DNA of 64,000 nucleotides from the NCBI GenBank assembly GCA_963798485.1, contig CAWCTR010000007.1:544001-608000 (forward strand), in the 5' to 3' direction. Made by a program: the position numbers and the translations under genes. Below the pieces are notes generated by a model that worked only from the letters and a program-made list of their open reading frames with translations, had not been told where the DNA came from and searched no databases. This stretch comes from an uncultured delta proteobacterium. Its GTDB lineage: Bacteria > Desulfobacterota > Desulfomonilia > UBA1062. Shown here in pieces: positions 29,160 through 38,875 of the stretch (the first letter of the stretch is position 1; each line of letters begins with the position of its first letter).

Positions 29160-29382
29160 TACCTCGAAGAAGGTCAACGACCTGCTGGGGCTGATGGAAG
29201 GCATCTCTTCCGACATTGATATAAAGGCGGAGCTCGATAAGATTATCTCCCGGATCCATGAACTTGAGGAGAAGGTAGAAAACCTTGCTCAGAGATTCGA
29301 AAAGATCGAGAAGACGAACCGGGAGAAGCAGGATGTCTTGAAGACCATCAGGAAAGAGCTCAAAAACCTCTTTCCCGGTTAA
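29149..29382 (+). CDS. Small coiled-coil protein (77 aa)
   Basis: ATG 29149 after gaggtg, overlapping the previous stop; heptads LDKIISRIHELEEKVENLAQRFEKIE. Confidence 0.7.
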   Translation: MDPDTSKKVNDLLGLMEGISSDIDIKAELDKIISRIHELEEKVENLAQRFEKIEKTNREKQDVLKTIRKELKNLFPG

Positions 29383-29404
29383 TGTGCAATGGTGTTGATC
29401 TTTC

Positions 29405-30763
29405 TTATTTTGGGATGGTAATGCCGTGTTTTTTAATGAGGTCATGAAGGGTCGGCCTGCTTACATCGAGATCCTGAGCAGCCTTTGATATATTGCCGCT
29501 GTTGCATGCCAGGGCGTGTCTTATGGCTGTGATCTCGGCCGAATCGCGTATTTCCTTCAACGTCTGAGATATTCCTTCATCAGTGGTATCATTGAGGTCG
29601 ATGTCCTGGGGTTGAATGTAATCCCCCTCGGCCATCACGACTGCACGCTTGATCCTGTTCTGCATCTCACGGATGTTGCCTTTCCAGTTGTGTTTCATCA
29701 TGGAATCTATTGCAGCGGAACTGAATCCCTTAAACCTCGGACCGATCTCCCTGCTGAAGGAATCCAGGAAATATCTCGCCAATAGCGGAATGTCATCTGG
29801 TCGGTCCTTAAGTGCGGGCATGGAGAGCGGGACCACATTGAGCCGATAGTAAAGGTCTTCCCTGAAACGGCCCTCATCCACCGCCTTCTTGAGGTCTACG
29901 TTGGTAGAGGCGATCATTCGGGCATCGATGGAGAGAGGTTCTTTGCCGCCAATCCGCTCAATGGTGCCCTCCTGGATAAACCTGAGGAGTTTTACTTGAA
30001 GTTGGAGAGGGAGCTCGCTTATCTCATCGAGAACGACAGTCCCCCCTTGGGCCCTCTCAACCTTACCGATTTGGCGGGCATGAGCACCGGTGAATGATCC
30101 CTTCTCATGGCCGAAGAGTTCGCTCTCCAGGAGATTCTCCGGTATGGACCCGCAGTCGATAATGACTAAAGGTTTATCGGAACGGTCGCTCATGGCATGG
30201 ATCGCTTGTGCAAGACACTCTTTGCCGGTGCCGCTCTCTCCCTGAATCAGAATGGGGTAGTCGGTGCGGGCAACCTTTTTGGCTCGCTCGAACAGGTCCA
30301 TCATGGGTTGGGATGTAGCTACCATGCCATGGAATTGCAATTCGCCCGAGACCATAAACTGGAGTTCTGACACCTGATGCTCCAGCCGGGACAAATGGAC
30401 CGCCCTCTTGATGACGATCCTGAGTTCTTCAAGATCTACTGGTTTGGTATGATAATCGTATGCGCCGAGCGAGACAGCCCTTACCGCATTCATTTTATCA
30501 GTGTTTCCGGTAATCACGATGACCTTTGTTTGATCCTTTTTGCTGATAATTTCTTCAAGGACCCTTAATCCTTCTTCCGCGCTGTCAGGATAGGGTGGAA
30601 GTCCAAGGTCCAGCAGCACGACCAAAGGGCTCTCCTTATCGAGAATACTCACTGCATCAGCGGCATTTGTCGCCGTAAAGATATTATAGGTGTCGCGCAA
30701 GCCCCACTTGAGTTGTTTGGCCATGCTTGATTCATCCTCAATGATCAGTATCTGGTCCTTCAT
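29405..30763 (-). CDS. prsR: PEP-CTERM-box sigma54-dependent response regulator
   Basis: Receiver LDLGLPP..D..EEG, GESGTGKE, GSFTGA and Fis-type HTH; adjacent to prsK. Confidence 0.9.
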   Translation of the reverse strand: MKDQILIIEDESSMAKQLKWGLRDTYNIFTATNAADAVSILDKESPLVVLLDLGLPPYPDSAEEGLRVLEEIISKKDQTKVIVITGNTDKMNAVRAVSLGAYDYHTKPVDLEELRIVIKRAVHLSRLEHQVSELQFMVSGELQFHGMVATSQPMMDLFERAKKVARTDYPILIQGESGTGKECLAQAIHAMSDRSDKPLVIIDCGSIPENLLESELFGHEKGSFTGAHARQIGKVERAQGGTVVLDEISELPLQLQVKLLRFIQEGTIERIGGKEPLSIDARMIASTNVDLKKAVDEGRFREDLYYRLNVVPLSMPALKDRPDDIPLLARYFLDSFSREIGPRFKGFSSAAIDSMMKHNWKGNIREMQNRIKRAVVMAEGDYIQPQDIDLNDTTDEGISQTLKEIRDSAEITAIRHALACNSGNISKAAQDLDVSRPTLHDLIKKHGITIPK

Positions 30764-32835
30764 GTTGTAGTTCTCCCGGATTGATTCTGAGGGAACCATA
30801 CTGAAACAGTGATTCCCCGATCCTGATTCGGCTTCACGTCAATTATTGCCCTGAGCTGGTCAGCCATGTTCTTTACCTGCCAAAGCCCGAGGCCTGTGCC
30901 TTTGTTCTTGGTGGTCTGGAAAGGTTTGAAAAGCTTTTCCCGGATATATTCATCCGTCATGCCTATACCGTTATCGGTGATGGTGAAAACCGGTGAATCT
31001 CCCTTTATGCAGGCGGCGATTGTTATTATCCCATCATCCCCGACTGCCTCAGTGGCGTTCACAATGATATTTTCCAGGATTTTGTCTAAGATATCAGGGT
31101 CAGTGGTAAGCTCGAATGAGCTGTTAAAATCATGTATGACCTGGATATTTTCCAGCCTGGGCCTGAGCCCGGCAACGAGCTCTTCAAGAAAGGGTTTGAT
31201 TCTGAAGGTCTTCGTATGGATTTCCACATGCTCCGGTATTGTCTTAAATTTGCTCATGACCTTATCTATCCGGGCAAGGGCCTCAGAGATGGTGTCAAGC
31301 ATGTCTGTGCGGAATTCTGCCTGATTCATATGTTTAGGGGCATTCTGGAGGATAAGGGAAAGGTGTCCTGCCGCGTTTTTAAGGTCATGAAGCACGGTTG
31401 CAGACATATGATTGTACGTATCGAGTTCCTTGTTCTCGGCGAGCTTCTTGGCATAACGTGCACTCATAAGGGCGGCGCTTGCCTGGGATGCAACGGCGCT
31501 CAGAAGGTCAATATCGTCCTGGCCGTAAGGCGTGCCGGGATTCTCCTGACCGACAGCTATGAATCCTATCATAGAACCTGCCGTCATTCCCACGGCGAGT
31601 TCGACCTTGTTCCGGTTAAGGAAGTCGCGGTGATTTTTTACAATATCCTCCCATAGGGAGTCATTTGTCTTACAAGGTGTTCTCCTCATAAAATATGGGT
31701 TGCTGCCAAGATATTTAACCAGGAGGTGGTTATCACTCATGATTGTCTCCCCGGAGGTGTCGGGGAAGGAAAACGAGCGTTTGTATGATGCCCCTTCGAG
31801 CATCCAGATGGAAAGTTCCCTGATGTACATGCTGTCAAGGATAACTTGGGAGGTAACATGGATGATCTGGTTCTCATTGAAGGCAATTGAGAGGTATCCG
31901 CTCAGCTCTCCCCACTCCTTGCGATAATCATATTTATTTGAGAAAAAGTGGGTATTGATGAAGAACCTTATACGGGCCCTCGCTTCAGGTGATAGAAGGA
32001 AGATGGAAAGTAAAATGAGTGCGAGAAAGACTATGAACCCCATGATTACCAGTGACAGCCTCACACCAAGTTGGTTAATCCATAAGAGAATTAGTCCTGT
32101 AAAGAGGAGGTATGTACCGATGCTGATAAAGGTGATGGAGTGATAGACCACGTAACGCGAAACGAAGATATCCATCTCAAACAGCTTGAACCGGATGGAA
32201 AAGAAGATCAGGAATGCAACACCCACCAGGGTAATCAGCGAGCACAGAATGAGAATGTCGTGAGATATGCTGTTGGTGCTGAGCCTATAGATGGAGGCCA
32301 TGCACAAGGATGCCCCCACAGAGATAGAGCCTAGCGTAGGGTATTTAAGTACTCTTCTGCCGACTCCTTCTGATGATCTGAGGATGTTCTCCATAATCCA
32401 GATAAATGCAATTGCTCCGGCCATGATCAGTAAGGATTGGATACGTCCGAGCCGGTCGATGATCACTTCATCATTGAGGTTTATATGTGCATAGGCTTCC
32501 GGGTAGATTAAAAGCGTAAGTCCATAGAGGGTGCAGGTAAGGATCAGGCCCCGGCGTGTCCAGCGAACGAGCTTAATCTTTCTCGAAATGTTCCTCTCCA
32601 TGGAAAGAACCGAGATGATAAAAAAGCTGATGGAGGCCAACTCGAAGAACGAGGCTGCCTGTAGAGCCAATAGGGTCTCTCTGAGATAATAAATGAGATA
32701 ACTGATCTCGGTGGCTGCAACGGCAAGCAGCCCGCATGCGATAGCCCTCCCATGCGAGGCCCCGCTGCGGGACAGGATGATCATCCCCCCCAACAGGCTT
32801 ACTAATGCGGTTATTCCATAGAAAACTAGAATCAT
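30760..32835 (-). CDS. prsK: PEP-CTERM system histidine kinase
   Basis: Multi-TM N-terminus, HFFSNKYDYRKEW, VLHDLKN, DNGIGM and FKPFQTTKNKGTGLGL motifs. Confidence 0.9.
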   Translation of the reverse strand: MILVFYGITALVSLLGGMIILSRSGASHGRAIACGLLAVAATEISYLIYYLRETLLALQAASFFELASISFFIISVLSMERNISRKIKLVRWTRRGLILTCTLYGLTLLIYPEAYAHINLNDEVIIDRLGRIQSLLIMAGAIAFIWIMENILRSSEGVGRRVLKYPTLGSISVGASLCMASIYRLSTNSISHDILILCSLITLVGVAFLIFFSIRFKLFEMDIFVSRYVVYHSITFISIGTYLLFTGLILLWINQLGVRLSLVIMGFIVFLALILLSIFLLSPEARARIRFFINTHFFSNKYDYRKEWGELSGYLSIAFNENQIIHVTSQVILDSMYIRELSIWMLEGASYKRSFSFPDTSGETIMSDNHLLVKYLGSNPYFMRRTPCKTNDSLWEDIVKNHRDFLNRNKVELAVGMTAGSMIGFIAVGQENPGTPYGQDDIDLLSAVASQASAALMSARYAKKLAENKELDTYNHMSATVLHDLKNAAGHLSLILQNAPKHMNQAEFRTDMLDTISEALARIDKVMSKFKTIPEHVEIHTKTFRIKPFLEELVAGLRPRLENIQVIHDFNSSFELTTDPDILDKILENIIVNATEAVGDDGIITIAACIKGDSPVFTITDNGIGMTDEYIREKLFKPFQTTKNKGTGLGLWQVKNMADQLRAIIDVKPNQDRGITVSVWFPQNQSGRTTT

Positions 32836-32879
32836 AATTTACCGTTGTCATCGTCAATTCGAACAGAGATCTAAAGCAC

Positions 32880-33244
32880 TGTCGAAAAATTTAACAGGCT
32901 TGAGTCCTTGTTGCAAGTCCTATGTGGTTAGATATAAAACGAGCTTAAAATCAATAGGATATAAGTAATACATGTTCAATTTATCCTGAAAATGCGTACC
33001 GCCCTCTTAATAGGTGCTTCGGAGTCATGCCGAATTGTGTCGGAAAATTTTACACAAACGATAAGCCATGCACGGGTAGATTTAATAATAGATTGATTGA
33101 CAAACTAATTAAGAGCGGCGCTCAAATTGCCCTTTAGATTAGCTATAATAAGAAAATGATTGCCCAACTTTGGAGTATTCAAATGAAAGATTCTCATACG
33201 TCAGGTAGCAATCATTCAAATATATTGTGTCGATAAACTTTACA
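32880..33244. promoter_or_regulatory. Three TGT-N11-ACA enhancer sites (putative PrsR / PEP-CTERM boxes)
   Basis: tgtcgaaaaatttaaca (32880-32896), tgtcggaaaattttaca (33038-33054), tgtcgataaactttaca (33228-33244). Confidence 0.75.
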
Positions 33245-33307
33245 GTCTATCAATAACATTTCAAGTGAAACCACTATATTATATGTATAATTAGTATGTT
33301 ATGATAG

Positions 33308-33323
33308 TGGCATATGATTTGCT
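33308..33323 (+). promoter_or_regulatory. Sigma54 -24/-12 promoter of the PEP-CTERM gene
   Basis: TGGCAT-atgat-TTGCT with GG-N10-GC spacing, 40 bp upstream of the ATG. Confidence 0.85.
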
Positions 33324-33362
33324 AATATATCTTCACTAAACTATTCATCTACGAGGTAAGAT

Positions 33363-33953
33363 ATGAGAAAAATATCGGTTTCTTTATTGGCCATCTTGTT
33401 TGTTTTTGGAATGATCGGAACGAGTAATGCTATACCTATAACATTTTCAGTAGATGCGGCAGACTCTTCAGTTCAGTTAACCAACATATCCGGATTTGGA
33501 GCGACAATTACTTCTGCCATGGCAGCCGCGCCTGGTGATTTTACACTGGCTGATGGAGCCTCAAGTACATTTAATTTCTTTTCCCTTACGGTATCTCCTA
33601 CCTTCTTCATCGGTGGAGGAACGGCTGATATTACTGCAACATTAGCCTTCTATTCACCTGAAGCTGTCAGCGTTACTGCTCAAGGGGACATAATGTATGC
33701 GCAGATTTCAGGTATATTGACAACATCTGGAATAACATGGGCTAATATGCCACAGACTGAGTTTCTCTCAAACGGGGATTCTTTTGATGTCAGTTTTCTT
33801 GGCGGTTCATATGGAGGGAGTGATAATACAAGGATGATCACTGCCACAGTTACTGCTCATGCAGCACCGGCACCAGTCCCGGAGCCCATGACCCTGCTTC
33901 TCCTCGGCACCGGCCTGCTTGGCCTTGCAGGGTTCCGCAGGAAGAGTAAATAA
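33363..33953 (+). CDS. PEP-CTERM sorting-domain protein
   Basis: Signal peptide; C-terminal VPEPMTLLLLGTGLLGLAGFRRKSK. Confidence 0.95.
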   Translation: MRKISVSLLAILFVFGMIGTSNAIPITFSVDAADSSVQLTNISGFGATITSAMAAAPGDFTLADGASSTFNFFSLTVSPTFFIGGGTADITATLAFYSPEAVSVTAQGDIMYAQISGILTTSGITWANMPQTEFLSNGDSFDVSFLGGSYGGSDNTRMITATVTAHAAPAPVPEPMTLLLLGTGLLGLAGFRRKSK

Positions 33954-33982
33954 GCACATTCTATTCTAACCATAAAGATGTT

Positions 33983-34019
33983 AAAAGATCCGGCAGCTTT
34001 GTAAGCTGCAGGATCTTTT
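33983..34019. terminator. Bidirectional intrinsic terminator between convergent genes
   Basis: aaaagatccggcagctt-tgt-aagctgcaggatctttt. Confidence 0.75.
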
Positions 34020-34044
34020 GTATTTTATATTGATGAAGATCATA

Positions 34045-34494
34045 TCACGGGGTCGGATTATGGATCTTAGAAGGGTTTTCAAGGATTGATTCGGCCCTGA
34101 TGTATACCGTCCCCTGGAAGAGAGCCAGGATCTCACCCGAAGCGTCTGTTACCTGCACCGAATAGGTGGCGAGTTTCCTGTTTCTGGACACCTCCCTGGC
34201 CTCGGCATAGAGGGTGTCGGTCTTGCCGGCCTTAATAAAGGATATAGTGGTGTTTATCGCTACAGCGGACTTCCCCCTGGTATGCGCAGCGGCTGCAAAG
34301 GCCATATCCGCCAGGGTGAATACGATGCCTCCATGGGCTATACCCAGGCTGTTTAGGTGCTGTTTGTCGACTGCCAGTCTTGTCCTGGCAAAACCTGGAC
34401 CGGCTTCTACTATCTCTATTCCGCACAGCTCGGCAAAGGCGTCTTTTGTGAAGTATTTTTTAAGCTGTTCAAGGTCAACATGGGTTTCGTTCAT
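34045..34494 (-). CDS. PaaI-family hotdog thioesterase
   Basis: HLNSLGIAHGGIVFTLAD motif. Confidence 0.9.
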   Translation of the reverse strand: MNETHVDLEQLKKYFTKDAFAELCGIEIVEAGPGFARTRLAVDKQHLNSLGIAHGGIVFTLADMAFAAAAHTRGKSAVAINTTISFIKAGKTDTLYAEAREVSRNRKLATYSVQVTDASGEILALFQGTVYIRAESILENPSKIHNPTP

Positions 34495-34507
34495 AGGTCC
34501 GATCCTT

Positions 34508-35275
34508 TCATGTGCTTCTCACTCTGACCACGAGTTCATACAGTGCAATGGTCGCTGCCTGGGATACGTTCAGGGAGTTAAAGTCACCCCTCATGGAGAT
34601 TTTCACGGCAAGATCCAGTTCCGAGGTCATAACAGGTCTTATACCGCTGTCTTCCCCTCCGAGGACAAGTCCCAGTTTATCAAACACAGGCGTGTGACTG
34701 ATATCTTCGGGTGCGTCGGCCTCCAGCCCGACGAGCCAGAACCCGTTCTTTTTCAGATCCTGGGCCGCAGTCCTGAGGTTCTTAACGCGGGCGATCTTAA
34801 CATGCTCCGTCGCACCCGATGAAGCCTTCACAACAGCCGGGGTGATCGGTGCAGATCTATGTTCAGGGATGATGACCCCGGCATCTGCCAGCGCATGTGC
34901 GGTGCGGATGATAGAACCGAGATTCTGGGGGTCTTCCACGCTGTCCAGGAGTATGACGCATTTTAAGGGGTAGAGGTCTTTCAGGTCGGCATATCGGTAT
35001 GCCGAGACCTTGGCTGCGATACCCTGGTGATGATTCGTGGCAGTGATCTTATCCAGGTCATGTTTCTGGAGAACCCTTACAGGCACACCCCTGGATGCCT
35101 CCAGTAAATCATCATAATGCTGCTGCAGCACGAGGATCTCGTGAAACGTCCTTGTCCCCTTGTGAAGGGATTCCAGGACAGCATTTCTACCATAGATGAC
35201 CTCTGTGCTGTTGTAACTTTTCGGTGCAACACGTGTAACTTGTCCATGTTTAAGGAAAGGGGTCTTATTCTTCAT
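34508..35275 (-). CDS. rlmB: 23S rRNA (Gm2251) methyltransferase, SpoU/TrmH family
   Basis: IYGRNAVLE, HQGI, DPQNLGSIIR, GGEDSG and SLNVS motifs. Confidence 0.92.
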   Translation of the reverse strand: MKNKTPFLKHGQVTRVAPKSYNSTEVIYGRNAVLESLHKGTRTFHEILVLQQHYDDLLEASRGVPVRVLQKHDLDKITATNHHQGIAAKVSAYRYADLKDLYPLKCVILLDSVEDPQNLGSIIRTAHALADAGVIIPEHRSAPITPAVVKASSGATEHVKIARVKNLRTAAQDLKKNGFWLVGLEADAPEDISHTPVFDKLGLVLGGEDSGIRPVMTSELDLAVKISMRGDFNSLNVSQAATIALYELVVRVRST

Positions 35276-36120
35276 AGGACCCAGCTTACCACATATTCGG
35301 TCGAAGAGGGCAGGGGAGAGATCCCTGGGTCCTGAATATGCCATGAGCCCTTAAGACCCAGTTCAAGGGCGGTGCGTTCGAAATGGAACATGGCGATACC
35401 CATGTCGATCCGCTGGAGGTCTACCTCCCTGAACAGGACCCCGTATCCGAAGGTCCTTGCAAGGTATAAGTGGAAACCCTTCTCATTCATCACGATCCGC
35501 CATGGTTGCCGGTTTGAGGCAGAGGGGGCGAGACGGACCATCTCTAACGGTAGAGCAAAGGGCCCGGATGTTTCTTCACCGAGGGGTGAAGAGAATGAAT
35601 CCTTGAAGAAGAGGGAAGCCCACGGTTTCCGGGCCCGCGACCCGGCGGTGAGCACGAACATGGTATCTATAAGGCTGCGATTTTCTGCAATGATACCCAC
35701 AGGACTTATGGTCGGGATTATCTCTGCCTTTTGGGGTTGGGCAATATCAGAGAATAATGTCCTGTTAAAGGTCCCCCCCATCCAGCAGGTGCCAAGCCCT
35801 AAGGATGTAATGTAGAGGATTGCTGCCTCATAGAGGTAGCCATAATCCTCGAACCCCATGCTGGAACGATTCAAGACACCCACAAGGAAGCTTGATGCCC
35901 CTGTAACAACCCCGTAGGTGCCCTTGACCCTCCCGAAGCCTTGCCTGGGTGCATCGGCAAGGATGAATCTCACCTGTGAGCCGAATGGGGGTTTTTCGAT
36001 CCCGGAAATGAAGGCGCGGATATAATCCTTATCATCTTTTTTGACAGGCTCTTCCCGGTAGCTCCTCCATGAGCGCCTGATCCTGATGAGGTCGGTAACG
36101 GGTTTATTATATGAGATCAT
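35272..36120 (-). CDS. Nitroreductase-family protein
   Basis: RRSWRSY, GLGTCWMGG, RLAPSASNRQPW and IDMGIAMFHF motifs; SD aggagg. Confidence 0.88.
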   Translation of the reverse strand: MISYNKPVTDLIRIRRSWRSYREEPVKKDDKDYIRAFISGIEKPPFGSQVRFILADAPRQGFGRVKGTYGVVTGASSFLVGVLNRSSMGFEDYGYLYEAAILYITSLGLGTCWMGGTFNRTLFSDIAQPQKAEIIPTISPVGIIAENRSLIDTMFVLTAGSRARKPWASLFFKDSFSSPLGEETSGPFALPLEMVRLAPSASNRQPWRIVMNEKGFHLYLARTFGYGVLFREVDLQRIDMGIAMFHFERTALELGLKGSWHIQDPGISPLPSSTEYVVSWVL

Positions 36121-36150
36121 GACTCCTCCTTGAACATGCATTATGCCATA

Positions 36151-37245
36151 TTAATGAAGAAATGGATAATCCGAATACCCCTTTGGCCCGGGGGTGTAAA
36201 ATGTTTGCAGATCAGGCTCCGCCAAGGGTGCTCCACGGCGGATACGTTCCACCAGGTCAGGATTTGATATGAAGTATTTGCCGAAAGACACGGCATCTGC
36301 CAGGCCTTCTTCAATAACCCGGCTGCCGTTCTCCGGGTTGAAACCGCAATTGATGATGAGGGTCCCCTTGTAGCGCGGCCGGAAATGTCTTGCGATCTCT
36401 TTCACCGCATAGGGCACGTTATCCACAGGCATCATAGGTTCTACAAGATGGGCATAGGCGAGGCCAGGGTAGTCATTCAGCCGCTCGATGATATACTCAA
36501 AGGTAGGGATGGTGTCTTTATCGATGGTAATGCCGAAAAAGCCATGTGCTGAAGGGTTCAGCCTGATGCCTGTCTTATCAAAGCCGATGGCCTTCCCAAC
36601 GGCATCAAGGGTCTCGAAGAAAAAGCGTGCCTTGTTCTCATGGTTGCCGCCGTATTCGTCGGTGCGGACATTTGAGCAGTTGGTGAAAAACTGGTGGAAG
36701 AGATACCCATTGGCAGAGTGGATCTCAACGCCGTCAAAACCGGCGGCAATGGCATTCTGGGCAGCATTCTTGAAGTCCCTGGTGATGGCATGGATCTCCT
36801 GAATTGTTAGTGCATGGGGCGACACGGTTTCTTTGAAGCCCTGGGGTGTATATGACTTGTCATTGGGGTTTATGGCGGACGGCGCTACGGGCAGCTCGCC
36901 GCCGTGGAAATCCGGGTGTGACATGCGGCCCACGTGCCAGAGCTGGATGAAGATATGTCCGTCTTTGTCATGCACTGCCTTGGTGACGAGCCTCCATCCT
37001 TCAATCTGGGCCTTGCTGTAAATGCCAGGGGTATTGATATAACCCATAGCCTGCCTGGACACCTGAGACCCTTCGGTAATCAGGAGACCTGCCGAGGCAC
37101 GTTGTTGGTAGTATTGCGCATGGAGCGCTGTCGGGGTGTTCTCCGGGTTGTCCGCGCGGCTGCGTGTCATGGGGGCCATGAATATGCGGTTCGCCAGTTC
37201 ATACGGACCGATTTTAATTGGTTTTAAAAGGGCGTTATCTGACAT
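36151..37245 (-). CDS. Old yellow enzyme / alkene reductase (NemA-like)
   Basis: MAPMTRSRA, QLWHVGR, EIHSANGYL and RTDEYGG motifs. Confidence 0.93.
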   Translation of the reverse strand: MSDNALLKPIKIGPYELANRIFMAPMTRSRADNPENTPTALHAQYYQQRASAGLLITEGSQVSRQAMGYINTPGIYSKAQIEGWRLVTKAVHDKDGHIFIQLWHVGRMSHPDFHGGELPVAPSAINPNDKSYTPQGFKETVSPHALTIQEIHAITRDFKNAAQNAIAAGFDGVEIHSANGYLFHQFFTNCSNVRTDEYGGNHENKARFFFETLDAVGKAIGFDKTGIRLNPSAHGFFGITIDKDTIPTFEYIIERLNDYPGLAYAHLVEPMMPVDNVPYAVKEIARHFRPRYKGTLIINCGFNPENGSRVIEEGLADAVSFGKYFISNPDLVERIRRGAPLAEPDLQTFYTPGPKGYSDYPFLH

Positions 37246-37514
37246 TCCTTCCTCCTTTAATTTTAATACACCTCATTACAATAGGTCTAAGAAATTATAT
37301 TTCAAGCTGTTATGCGCATGAGATATTTCCTTAAAAGACGATTAGGTGAGCTTATGCTCAGTTTAATCCAGGCAATCTCCACCAATGACATTTGAAAGTT
37401 GAGAACACCCGTATTATGGAATATTATAGCCATAAGTAAGAATGATTCAAAAACGTATGAGTTAAACGCACAGGGCTTAAGAGGGATAATGAATATCAAT
37501 AAAGGAGGCCATCC

Positions 37515-38789
37515 ATGTATGATTTTTTACTTACACCGGAAGAAAGGGAACTGAGGGACCAGGTCCGCCGGTTTGTTCGGGAAGAGGTGGAGAGCGAGTT
37601 CCTGCGGAAGATGGACAGGGATGAGATCGATTACCCCCGTGAGTTCGTGGAAAGACTTGCCCGGCACAACCTCAGGGGGATAAGGTTCCCTAAGAGGTAT
37701 GGCGGTCGCGAGATGAGCTGGGTTGCCGATGTAGCGGCTGCGGAGGAGATCGGTTGTCTTGGCATGGCCCTGGGCTGCGCCTTTGTCATGCCCTCCATTG
37801 TGGGAGAGGCCCTCAACAGGTTCGGCACGGAGGATCTCAAAGAACGCTACCTAAAGCCCTACCTCCAGGGCAAGCTCGTGGCCGCCGAGGCCCTGACCGA
37901 GCCCAGGGGCGGGTCCGACTTCTTCGGCGCCACCACCAAGGCCGTGCTCCAGGGCGACCACTTTATCGTAAACGGCCAGAAGCGGTTCGTGGTAGGGGCT
38001 GAAGGGTCTGACTTCTTCCTGGTCTATTGCCGCACCAACTTCGAGCCCGATGCCCATAAGTACCAGCGCATAAGCCTGCTCATTATCGATAAAGGACCGG
38101 GCGTCGAGACCGAATACCATTACGGCCTCATGGGCTGCAGGGGCGGAGGCACAGGCAGGCTTGTCTTCCGTGACGTATCGGTGCCCAGGGGAAATCTCGT
38201 GGGAGAACTGCATGGCGGCGCCTTGTGCTTTAGCCAGATGATGATCCCCGAGCGTATGACCTCCGCTTCCGGATGCCTCGGTGTCTGGGGCGCCCTTGAT
38301 TTGGCGGTGCGCTACTCCAATAAGCGCGCTGCCTTCGGTAAGCTTATCAAGAAATATCAGGCAGTGAATTTCTTGGTTGCAGACTCGATAACCCAGCTCG
38401 ATGCCGCCAGGGCCATAACATTCATGGCTGCAAAGGCGGTGGACAGCGGTTACCCCAATATGCGCCGTTTAGTGAGCGAGGCCAAGAGATTCTCAACTGA
38501 GGCGGCGTGGAACGTTGTAAATAATGCCATGCAGATCATGGGCGGCATTGGTTACACAGACGTTTATCCCCTGGAAAGGGCGCTCCGCGATATCCGCTTG
38601 GCCTTGATCTGGACCGGAACAAGTCAGATCATGAACCTCATGATCCAGCACGAGTACTATGATGAAATCCTTAATCAGCCCTATGACCGGCGTCACATGG
38701 AAAAGGACGCCATGCACCCGGACGACAGTGAGCGCTGCTTCACGGACGATGACATGTGGGCCGTGCACAACCGTAAGGTGACGAGCTGA
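37515..38789 (+). CDS. Acyl-CoA dehydrogenase
   Basis: LTEPRGGSD, NGQKRF and QIMGGIGY motifs. Confidence 0.92.
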   Translation: MYDFLLTPEERELRDQVRRFVREEVESEFLRKMDRDEIDYPREFVERLARHNLRGIRFPKRYGGREMSWVADVAAAEEIGCLGMALGCAFVMPSIVGEALNRFGTEDLKERYLKPYLQGKLVAAEALTEPRGGSDFFGATTKAVLQGDHFIVNGQKRFVVGAEGSDFFLVYCRTNFEPDAHKYQRISLLIIDKGPGVETEYHYGLMGCRGGGTGRLVFRDVSVPRGNLVGELHGGALCFSQMMIPERMTSASGCLGVWGALDLAVRYSNKRAAFGKLIKKYQAVNFLVADSITQLDAARAITFMAAKAVDSGYPNMRRLVSEAKRFSTEAAWNVVNNAMQIMGGIGYTDVYPLERALRDIRLALIWTGTSQIMNLMIQHEYYDEILNQPYDRRHMEKDAMHPDDSERCFTDDDMWAVHNRKVTS

Positions 38790-38824
38790 ACCCTATGTCT
38801 TTCTGATACGTCTTACCCGATTTG

Positions 38825-38868
38825 CCTTGAAAATCATAGCTTGACATCGCGATTTTCAAGGATATAAT
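38825..38868 (+). promoter_or_regulatory. Consensus sigma70 promoter with inverted-repeat operator
   Basis: TTGACA 38841-38846, N16, TATAAT 38863-38868; IR ccttgaaaatc (38825-38835) / gattttcaagg (38851-38861). Confidence 0.75.
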
Positions 38869-38875
38869 CTTATTT

